From Opitutia bacterium (lineage in GTDB: Bacteria > Verrucomicrobiota > Verrucomicrobiia > Opitutales > Opitutaceae): 64,000 bases of DNA. This document shows positions 56,532 to 64,000 of the stretch, piece by piece. Below the pieces are notes generated by a model. That model searched no databases. It saw only the letters and a list, made by a program, of their open reading frames with translations, and was not told the DNA's origin. The stretch lies in NCBI GenBank assembly GCA_037446975.1, contig JBBIHQ010000002.1:27066-91065 (forward strand). The letters run 5' to 3'. The first letter of the stretch is position 1, and each line of letters starts with the position of its first letter. The position numbers and the translations under genes were made by a program.

Positions 56532-57529
56532 ACGTTTCCGAACCGGTTTTCGTCACGGGCGCCAGCGGCTTCATCGGCGGCGAGATCGCCCGGCGCCTTC
56601 TCGCGGCCGGCCGGCCGGTGCGCGCGCTAAGCCGGCGCCCGCTGCCAGAGCTGGTCAAACTGGGTGCCCATGTTGAGCTGGGCGACTTGGACGATATCGC
56701 AGCCCTCGGTCGCGGCTGCACGGGAGCTGGCACGGTCTTCCATGTCGCCGGCCGGGTGGGCGTCTGGGGCCCGGCACGCGAATTTTTTCGGACCAACGTG
56801 ACCGGCACGAGCCACATCATCGCGGCGGCCCGCGCCGCCGGTGTGTCGCGGCTCGTCTATACCAGCTCGCCCAGCGTGGTCTACACTGGTCGCGACCTGC
56901 GCGGGGTCGATGAATCCGCCCCGCTTTGCTCCCGCGCACCGAGTGCCTATCCCGTCAGCAAAGCCGCGGCCGAGCGCCTTGTGCGTGCGGCCCATTCACC
57001 GGGACTGGCGACGGTCTCACTTCGCCCCCATCTCGTCTGGGGACCGGGCGACCGGAATGTCGTGCCACGAGTACTCAACCTGGCGAGCAAGGGCCGCCTC
57101 AAAATCATTGGTTCCGGCCGGAACCGGGTGGATGTCACCCACATCACCAACGTTGTCGACGCCCACCTGCTGGCCGAGCAGGCGGTCGCCGGTGCGGCTG
57201 GCGGCAGAGCGTATTTCATCACCAACGGCGAGCCGGTTGTCCTATGGGACTGGATCAACCTGCTGCTATGTGGCGTGGGCCTGCCCGAGATCACCAAGCA
57301 CGTTTCGCTCCGCACCGCTTATGCCGCGGGCGCCGCCCTGGAAATATTCTGGCGCATGCTGCCGCTCAAGGGCGAGCCGCCGATGACCCGCTTTGTCGCC
57401 AAGGAAATGGCCACCGACCACTGGTTCGACATTTCGGCCGCCCGCCGTGATCTCGGCTTTACGCCACATGTGACCATGGCTGGCGGGACCGCTGAGCTGA
57501 TCGCAGATCTTAAAAAGAAACGGCCCTAG
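56528..57529 (+). CDS. oleD: NAD(P)-dependent 3-beta-HSD/epimerase-family reductase, OleD-like
   Basis: VFVTGASGFIGGEIARRL and the YPVSKAAAE (YxxxK) motif are present. The ATG overlaps the oleC-like stop in ATGA. Confidence 0.6.
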   Translation: MNVSEPVFVTGASGFIGGEIARRLLAAGRPVRALSRRPLPELVKLGAHVELGDLDDIAALGRGCTGAGTVFHVAGRVGVWGPAREFFRTNVTGTSHIIAAARAAGVSRLVYTSSPSVVYTGRDLRGVDESAPLCSRAPSAYPVSKAAAERLVRAAHSPGLATVSLRPHLVWGPGDRNVVPRVLNLASKGRLKIIGSGRNRVDVTHITNVVDAHLLAEQAVAGAAGGRAYFITNGEPVVLWDWINLLLCGVGLPEITKHVSLRTAYAAGAALEIFWRMLPLKGEPPMTRFVAKEMATDHWFDISAARRDLGFTPHVTMAGGTAELIADLKKKRP

Positions 57530-58329
57530 CCGTTCCGCTGCCGGGCTGCTTCAAAAAGCGTGATGGTTGTCGCCATGGCGACATTGAGCGAGTCGGCTTG
57601 ACCGGCCATTGGAATGCGCACCAGCAGATCGCTTTCCTTGAGCCAGAAATCGCTCAGCCCGTATTGTTCACTGCCCATGATGATCGCCAGCGGGCCGCGC
57701 AGATCCGCCTTGGAATAGAGGTTCGCCGCATCGGGGGTGGTCGCGACGGTCCGGATGCCCTTTTCCTGCAGCCAAGTGTACACAGTCGCGCTCTCGGCCA
57801 ACACCACCGGGACCGCGAAGAGAACTCCCGTCGACGAACGAACAACATTGGGATTGAAAACATCCGTCACGGCATCGCAAACGATGACGCCATCGACGCC
57901 GGCGGCGTCGGCACTGCGCAGGATGGTGCCGAGGTTGCCGGGTTTCTCAATGGCCTCGACCACCAGCAAAAAGGGCAGGGGGCTCAGCTTGAGATCGGCC
58001 AGACCGCGTTTCCATTGCGGCGCCACCGCCAGCAGACCATCGGGCCGGTCGCGGTAGGAACATTTGGCGAAAGCCTCCTTTGAAAGCTCGCATACCAGCG
58101 CCCCCGCCTGTTTCGCCCGGTCGAGCAAAGCCGGCTCGTTCTCACCCAAAAACCAGTCCGGACAGAAATACAGCTCGTTCAGCCGAATGTTCTTGTCCAG
58201 GGCCCGGCGAACTTCGCGGTAGCCCTCGACCAGAAACAGTCCGGCCTCATCGCGGTCCCGGCGGTCGCGCAGCTTCACCAGCTGTTTGACCCGCGGATTC
58301 TGCAGACTGGTGATCTTTTCAGGAGGCAC
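57526..58329 (-). CDS. TrmH/SpoU-family RNA 2'-O-methyltransferase
   Basis: ITSLQNPRVKQL, IEKPGNLGTILRSADAAG, IIMGSEQYGLS and IPMAGQADSLNVAMA are present. I chose the GTG at 58329 because the longer ORF would overlap the divergent gene. Confidence 0.8.
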   Translation of the reverse strand: MPPEKITSLQNPRVKQLVKLRDRRDRDEAGLFLVEGYREVRRALDKNIRLNELYFCPDWFLGENEPALLDRAKQAGALVCELSKEAFAKCSYRDRPDGLLAVAPQWKRGLADLKLSPLPFLLVVEAIEKPGNLGTILRSADAAGVDGVIVCDAVTDVFNPNVVRSSTGVLFAVPVVLAESATVYTWLQEKGIRTVATTPDAANLYSKADLRGPLAIIMGSEQYGLSDFWLKESDLLVRIPMAGQADSLNVAMATTITLFEAARQRNG

Positions 58330-58416
58330 GATGAAGCTTTGAACCCAGCGGCGGTGGAGAGCACGGAGAAAATACAGCAGTGACTTAATAAATTCCCCGG
58401 TGTTCTCTGCGTCCCC

Positions 58417-59721
58417 GTGTTGAAAAAGAAGAGATTCAACGACCAGCCATTCCCTTATCACCATGAACTGGTGCTGGAGGTATCGACGCTGACCAATCTT
58501 GGTGTGGGTCTGGGCCGTGTGCCGGCGGGAGAGGGAAAGACGGACCTCCCCGGACATGGCGGTGGCGGGTGGGTGGTGATGGTGCCCTTCACGCTCCCGG
58601 GTGAAAGGGTGCGCGTCCGGATTTACCGCAATCACAAGAATTATTCCGAGGCCGATCTGCTGGAAGTACTGGTCCCTTCGCCGCACCGGACCAAGCCGCG
58701 CTGTCCGGTCTTTGGTCGCTGCGGCGGCTGCCAGTACCAGCACCTCGTCTATGGCGAGCAGCTGAAGTGGAAACGGCAGCAGGTGGAGGAGCTGTTGAAG
58801 TTCATGGCGGGAGTCGAAATGCCGGTTTTACCGGTAATCGCTTCGCCGCGCGAATTTGGTTACCGGTCGAAGATCACCCCGCATTTCAAAGCCGGGAGCA
58901 AGGGGCCGGGAGCCGGGGAGGCGTCACCCATCGGTTTCCTCAAGCAAGGCTCGCGATTCGACCTGGTCGACGTGCCGCACTGCGACATCGCGACCCCGGA
59001 AATCAACGCCCAACTGCCGGACGTGCGGGCGAAGACGCGGCAAAGGCTCGCGGCGGGCGAATACCAGCGTGATGCCACCCTGCTTCTGCGGCACGCACAG
59101 GAAGGCGTCATTACCGACTATGATGCCGTGATCCACGAGCAGGTGGGCGCGCTCACGCTGCATTTTCTCGCCCGCGATTTTTTCCAAAACAATCCGTTTG
59201 TCTTGCCTGCGTTCACCGGCCATGTGCGTGCGCAAGCCGCGGGCAGCGGCGCGCGGTTTCTCGTCGACGCCTATTGCGGCAGCGGGCTTTTCGGACTGGC
59301 CTGCGCTCCGGCGTTCGCCCGCGTCGCCGGCATCGAGATCAGCGAAACCTCGGTGAAATTCGCCACTGAAAACGCGCAGGCCAACGGCATCACCAACGCC
59401 AGTTTTCAGGCCGGCGATGCCGCGCGGATCTTCGCCGGCCTGGATTTTCCACCCGGTGAGACGGCTGTCGTCATCGACCCGCCACGCAAAGGATGTGACG
59501 CCTCGTTCCTGGCGCAATTGTTCGCCTTTGGCCCGCGCGCGGTTGTCTACGTGTCGTGCGATCCCGCGACCCAGATGAGGGATTTGAAGATGTTTCTCGC
59601 GGCTGGCTACGCCCTGAAGTCGGTGCAGCCGTTCGATTTGTTTCCGCAGACGCGCCACCTGGAGTGTGTGATCACCCTCACGAAGAACCCGGCCGGCCAC
59701 GCAACCGCGGTTATGTCTTAG
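58417..59721 (+). CDS. RumA/TrmA-family (uracil-5)-RNA methyltransferase with TRAM domain
   Basis: TRAM-like LEVSTLTNLGVGLGRV...GERVRVRI, the Fe-S motif CPVFGRCGGCQYQH, DAYCGSG, DPPRKG and YVSCDP are present. Confidence 0.85.
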   Translation: MLKKKRFNDQPFPYHHELVLEVSTLTNLGVGLGRVPAGEGKTDLPGHGGGGWVVMVPFTLPGERVRVRIYRNHKNYSEADLLEVLVPSPHRTKPRCPVFGRCGGCQYQHLVYGEQLKWKRQQVEELLKFMAGVEMPVLPVIASPREFGYRSKITPHFKAGSKGPGAGEASPIGFLKQGSRFDLVDVPHCDIATPEINAQLPDVRAKTRQRLAAGEYQRDATLLLRHAQEGVITDYDAVIHEQVGALTLHFLARDFFQNNPFVLPAFTGHVRAQAAGSGARFLVDAYCGSGLFGLACAPAFARVAGIEISETSVKFATENAQANGITNASFQAGDAARIFAGLDFPPGETAVVIDPPRKGCDASFLAQLFAFGPRAVVYVSCDPATQMRDLKMFLAAGYALKSVQPFDLFPQTRHLECVITLTKNPAGHATAVMS

Positions 59722-59863
59722 CTTCCGGCCCGCCGGACCGGTATAGGCTTGCCCGAGACCGGGGATGGAAAGAGATTGTCGGCCTCCTCCCCTCCGCGTC
59801 GGTGTTAAGCAGACGCCGGCGCCTTGGGCCACGTCCACCCAAAGGTAAGGTTACTTTTTTGCT

Positions 59864-62800
59864 ATGAACAACGATAGCAGCAGCCACGGTCACGCCGCCA
59901 AGTTTCCCTATCCTGGATTCCGCGTCACTTGCAACGGCAACCAGCTCGTCACCCAATACGTCGAGACGCGCATCACGGAAGGCGGGGTGTTTTATCCCAT
60001 CACGCCCTCGACCGAAGGCGGCGAGATCTACCAACAGTCCTACGCGCAGGGGGAACTCAACGTCTGGGGCCAGCAGAAAGTCGCGGCCGAGACTGAAGGC
60101 GAGCACGCGGCACAGGGTGGTGCCACCGCCTACGCGGTGCAGGGCCGCCGCACGGTCAATTTTACCTCCGGCCAGGGGATCGTGTACGCGATGGAGCAGT
60201 ATTATCATGCCCCTGGCAAACTCTCGACCATGGTCCTGGAGGTCGGTGCCCGCGCGCTCACCAAGCACGCGCTCAACGTCCACTGCGGTCACGACGATTT
60301 TTACGCGGCCCTCGACACCGGCTGGACCATGCTGATGGCGAAGGACGCGCAGCAGGCCGCCGACCAGGCCGTCATCCTCCGCAAGGCCAACGAACTTTCG
60401 CTCAACCCGGGCATGAACATCCAGGACGGCATGCTCACCACGCATTCCGAGCGGATGTATCTGGCGCCCGAAGCGGAAATGCTCCGTGAGTTTCTCGGCG
60501 CGCCCGACGACCAGATCGACTGCCCCACGCCCGCCCAGCGTGAAATTTTCGGGCCGCGCCGCCGCCGCGTACCGCAGATGATGGACCTGAAGAATCCCAT
60601 CCTGCTCGGGCCGGTACAAAACCAGGAGCACCACATGAACGGGGTGGTCGCCCGCCGGAACAATTTCAACGAACCCATCCTGGGCTTTCTCGAGCAGTGT
60701 TACGCCGAGTTTGGCCGCCTGACCGGCCGCCAGTACGGATTCCTTTCCGAATACAGGACCGCGGACGCCGACACCGTCTTCGTCTCGCTCGGCTGCGCCG
60801 CAGAAAACATCGAGGCGGCCTGCGACTATCTTCGCGAACAGCGCAACGCCAAGGTGGGCTCGATTCACGTCAATGTCATCCGGCCGTTTCCCGAAGCCGC
60901 GGTCATCAACGCCCTGCGCGGCAAGAAGAACGTCATCATCCTCGAGCGCACCGATGAGGGCCTCGCGGGCGACAATCCGCTCGCGCGCGACATCCGGGTC
61001 GCCCTTGGCAAGGCCCAGGAGGTCGCGCGATTTGGCGGCATCCTTCCCGCGCTCGCGCCCGCCGAGACTCCGCGACTCTTCCGCGGGGCCTATGGCATCG
61101 GTTCGCGCGATTTCCGGCCGGAACACACGCTTGGCGCCTTTGAATTCGCGACGGGCGTTTCCGCCCGCAAGGACGGCCGCACGGCTGCGGACGGCGAGAC
61201 GTTCTTTGTGCTCGGGGTCGACCATCCCTACGCGGTCATCAGCAAGGACACGCCTTCGCTTCTTCCCGACGGCGCCATCGCGGTGCGGTTTCACTCCATC
61301 GGCGGCTGGGGCATGATCACGACCGGCAAGAACCTCGGTTCCATCATCGGCGATTTCGGCAGCTTTATCTCCGAGCAGAATCCCAGCTACGATGCCGACG
61401 GCGCGCTGGTGGAAAAACTCTTCGTGATGGCCAACCCGAAATACGGTTCGGAGAAGAAAGGCGCCCCCACCAACTATTATCTCACCGTCGCGCCTTCGCA
61501 GATCAAGGTGAACTGCGAACTCAACCACGTCGACGTCGTGCTGTGCTGCGACCCGAAGGCTTTCACCCACACCAACCCGCTCGAAGGCCTGAAGAAGGGC
61601 GGCTCCCTCGTGTGGGAATCAAGCGAGTCGCCCGAGGTCGCCTGGCAGCGAATTCCTGCCCGCCACCGCCAGTTCATCCAGGACCACAAGATCCATGTCT
61701 TCATCCTGCCAGGCTTCGATATCGCCCGGAAGGCGACCACCCAGACCGAGCTCCAGTTGCGCATGCAGGGAAATTCCTTCCTGGGCGCGTTCTTCCGCGT
61801 TTCACCGTTCTTGAAGACCTTTGGCATCACCGAGGAGCAGTTCCACAAGGTGGTCCGGAAGCAATACGAGAAGAAGTTTGCCCGCTTTGGTGATGCCGTT
61901 GTCGCCTCAAACATGACCGTGATGACCGAGGGTTTTTCCCGCGTGCAGGAGATCAAGATCGGCCGGGGCGATGACCCGGACCGGTCGTCGATGCGCAACC
62001 CGCTGCTCGCGCCGTTTGGCGACCACCAGTTTGCCCCGACCGCCGGTTGCGGCTCGGCCGGATGCGGCAGCATTCCGATGCCCGCCGCGCAGACCGCACG
62101 GGCGCCGTTCCAGACGCTCGCGAAATTCGATTCTGAATTCCGCGCCGGGCTCGGTTATCACCAGCCGGCCGGCGCGCTCGCCTCGGTCGGAGTCATGGGT
62201 GCCGGCACTGGCGCAACCCAGTCCAAATATGTCGCCCGGCGGGAAACCCCGGTGTTCATCGCCGAAAATTGCACCCAGTGCATGGCATGCATCACCGCCT
62301 GTCCCGACACCGCCCTGCCCAACATGGCCCAGGAGGTCACGACCGTGCTCAAGACCGCGGTCAACAACTACGTCTCTGATCCCGCCGACCGCCGCGCATT
62401 CGGGACCGAAATCACCGGGATCGAGCAGCGGGCGCGGGCGCGGATGAACGAATCGGTCAAGGCGAAGTCCGGCGTGCCGTTCAAGGACATCATTCGCGAG
62501 GAAGTGACCGCCCTGACCACCATTTCCGCCCAGGCCAAGGCCGAGTTCACCGGCATCATCGCCAAGCTGCCCCTGGCGTACAGCAATGTCCCGGCCATCT
62601 TCCGTTCGCTTGAGACCAAGACCCCGGGCGCGGGCGGCTTGTTCTCCATTTATGTCTCCGACCTTTGCAAGGGTTGTGGCGAATGCGTGCAGGTCTGCGG
62701 CGATCACGATGCGCTCCGGATGACTCGCGAAACGGAGGAACTCAACGCCGAGCTGACCACGGCCCAGGTTTTCTCGCGCCTCCTGCCTGATACTCCGCAG

Positions 62801-64000
62801 AAATACCTCGGACTCTATGACGACAACGATGCCGCCAATTCCCGTGAAGCGGCCCTGCGCAATCACCTGATGGTGCGGCGCAATTACGAGGCGCTCGTCT
62901 CGGGGGACGGGGCCTGCGCCGGCTGCGGCGAGAAAAGCATTCTCCGCTCGGCCGCCTCGGTGACCGAAGCGTACATGCGGCCGCTTTACCACCAGAAGGC
63001 CGACCGCCTCCGGGCCAAGGCGGCCCGCCTCGCAAAGGAAGGGCCGGAAAAACTCGCCGCCCTCAAGGCGCGCAGCGCGTCCGAATACCAGCTCTTCCGC
63101 CGGACCTTTGCCCACGTTGTCGTGGGTCTTGGCGGCGAAAACGACAAGGATACGGTCCAGCGTATCGCGAAGTACGAAAAGATTCACGGCCCGGTCACCG
63201 ACGAGCAGCTTCTGGGGGGCCTGGCCGCCGTATTGGAACAGGACGCCTTCAATCACAAGGAGCTCCAATCCGTCGATGGCCGCCGCGCCCACGGCATGTC
63301 CGTGATGATGATGGGCGCAAGCACCGGCTGTAACACCGTCTATGGTTCCACGCCGCCGGCGAATCCGCACCCTTATCCCTGGATGAATTCGCTCTTTCAG
63401 GATGGCGCGACCATTTCCTGGCTCATGGCCGAATCCGTCATCGTCAACCATGCGCGCCGCTCCGTGGCGCCCGAGCGCCTCGCGGATGCGCTTCTTGACC
63501 GTCAGGAGAAGGTCGCGACCGAGGCCGACTATTTTACGCTCACCCACCTTGATGACGCACTGATGACCGAACAGGAGATCCGCGAGTTGCCCAAGGTCTG
63601 GGTCATCGGCGGCGACGGTGCTCTCGGGGACATCGGCTTCCAGAATGTCTCAAAGGTCATCCTGCAAAACCGGCCGAACGTGAAGATGTTGATGCTCGAT
63701 ACGCAGGTTTATTCCAACACCGGCGGGCAGAACTCCGACTCCTCCACGATGCTTGGCGGCTACGACATGAACCAGTTCGGCGTGGCGTCACAGGGCAAGC
63801 TCATCGAGAAGAAGAATGTCGCCGAGGCGTTCACCAGCGGCCACGGCTCGCCGTTTGTCGCCCAGGTTTCGATGGCCAACGCCGCCAAGCTTTACAAGGC
63901 GATGCTCGACGGTCTGGAGTATCGCGGCACTGCTTTCTTCCAGGCCTACACGACCTGCCAGCCCGAACACGGGGTGGGCGACAACATGAGCGCCGACCAG
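59864..64000 (+). CDS. Pyruvate:ferredoxin(flavodoxin) oxidoreductase-family protein, N-terminal 1379 codons (3' end lies outside the window)
   Basis: I translated by hand from the ATG at 59864 and sampled 59864-61020 and 61982-64000, finding no stop. FYPITPSTEGGE, CTQCMACITACP, CKGCGECVQVCG, GACAGCGEKS, STGCNTVYGS and the TPP motif GGDGALGDIG...SNTGGQ are present. The gene is absent from the ORF track because no stop falls inside the window. Confidence 0.85.
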   Translation, partial: MNNDSSSHGHAAKFPYPGFRVTCNGNQLVTQYVETRITEGGVFYPITPSTEGGEIYQQSYAQGELNVWGQQKVAAETEGEHAAQGGATAYAVQGRRTVNFTSGQGIVYAMEQYYHAPGKLSTMVLEVGARALTKHALNVHCGHDDFYAALDTGWTMLMAKDAQQAADQAVILRKANELSLNPGMNIQDGMLTTHSERMYLAPEAEMLREFLGAPDDQIDCPTPAQREIFGPRRRRVPQMMDLKNPILLGPVQNQEHHMNGVVARRNNFNEPILGFLEQCYAEFGRLTGRQYGFLSEYRTADADTVFVSLGCAAENIEAACDYLREQRNAKVGSIHVNVIRPFPEAAVINALRGKKNVIILERTDEGLAGDNPLARDIRVALGKAQEVARFGGILPALAPAETPRLFRGAYGIGSRDFRPEHTLGAFEFATGVSARKDGRTAADGETFFVLGVDHPYAVISKDTPSLLPDGAIAVRFHSIGGWGMITTGKNLGSIIGDFGSFISEQNPSYDADGALVEKLFVMANPKYGSEKKGAPTNYYLTVAPSQIKVNCELNHVDVVLCCDPKAFTHTNPLEGLKKGGSLVWESSESPEVAWQRIPARHRQFIQDHKIHVFILPGFDIARKATTQTELQLRMQGNSFLGAFFRVSPFLKTFGITEEQFHKVVRKQYEKKFARFGDAVVASNMTVMTEGFSRVQEIKIGRGDDPDRSSMRNPLLAPFGDHQFAPTAGCGSAGCGSIPMPAAQTARAPFQTLAKFDSEFRAGLGYHQPAGALASVGVMGAGTGATQSKYVARRETPVFIAENCTQCMACITACPDTALPNMAQEVTTVLKTAVNNYVSDPADRRAFGTEITGIEQRARARMNESVKAKSGVPFKDIIREEVTALTTISAQAKAEFTGIIAKLPLAYSNVPAIFRSLETKTPGAGGLFSIYVSDLCKGCGECVQVCGDHDALRMTRETEELNAELTTAQVFSRLLPDTPQKYLGLYDDNDAANSREAALRNHLMVRRNYEALVSGDGACAGCGEKSILRSAASVTEAYMRPLYHQKADRLRAKAARLAKEGPEKLAALKARSASEYQLFRRTFAHVVVGLGGENDKDTVQRIAKYEKIHGPVTDEQLLGGLAAVLEQDAFNHKELQSVDGRRAHGMSVMMMGASTGCNTVYGSTPPANPHPYPWMNSLFQDGATISWLMAESVIVNHARRSVAPERLADALLDRQEKVATEADYFTLTHLDDALMTEQEIRELPKVWVIGGDGALGDIGFQNVSKVILQNRPNVKMLMLDTQVYSNTGGQNSDSSTMLGGYDMNQFGVASQGKLIEKKNVAEAFTSGHGSPFVAQVSMANAAKLYKAMLDGLEYRGTAFFQAYTTCQPEHGVGDNMSADQ

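Noticed and set aside
57526-57529. A palindromic CTAG serves as the stop codon for both convergent genes (the oleD-like gene and the TrmH-like gene). A similar 8-nt convergent overlap occurs at 11542-11549.
   Set aside because: Convergent 3' overlaps are common in compact genomes. No functional implication can be supported from the sequence.
59711-63547. Two very long minus-strand ORFs (619 aa at 59711-61570 and 546 aa at 61907-63547).
   Set aside because: They lie antisense to the plus-strand frame that carries unmistakable PFOR motifs. Their products are Arg/Gly/Ala/Asp-rich with no recognisable motif. This is typical of stop-poor shadow frames in high-GC DNA.

Overview
This is a high-GC, gene-dense chromosomal segment. 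Flanking regions are about 60-72% GC, estimated by eye on 60-nt lines. It probably comes from a Verrucomicrobiota/Opitutales-like bacterium. That is an inference from the PEP-CTERM tail, the CRTAC1/ASPIC-UnbV FG-GAP proteins and an alginate-export porin, and I cannot verify it here. I call about 62 protein-coding genes, almost all from sequence motifs recognised in the supplied translations; no BLAST or HMM search was possible. Most are housekeeping genes: pfk, a DEAD-box helicase, upp, recA, mnmE-mnmG, a complete F1Fo operon atpBEFHAGDC, feoAB, queE-queC, rnd, trmB and several RNA methyltransferases. The right edge carries the first 4.1 kb of a very long PFOR-like gene. It is absent from the ORF track because it has no stop codon inside the window. 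I recognised no rRNA, tRNA, CRISPR array, transposase, integrase or phage gene. Noncoding space is small; the largest gap is 417 nt. Candidates worth a second look: (1) an envelope-targeted neighbourhood at 18.2-29.4 kb, made of a porin, a CRTAC1 protein, an internally duplicated DoxX-like membrane protein and a secreted PAP2/vanadium-haloperoxidase-like enzyme, next to a LytS/LytTR pair and a second CRTAC1 gene, with a repeat- and palindrome-rich upstream region; (2) a low-GC tract of about 3.4 kb whose edges fall inside mnmE and inside a response-regulator gene; (3) an oleC-oleD-like pair with no oleA or oleB in the window; (4) two uncharacterised genes at 16.1-18.1 kb, one with kinase-like catalytic motifs; (5) an insertion-rich PFOR. 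None of these is proven novel. The evidence for a new system is suggestive only.
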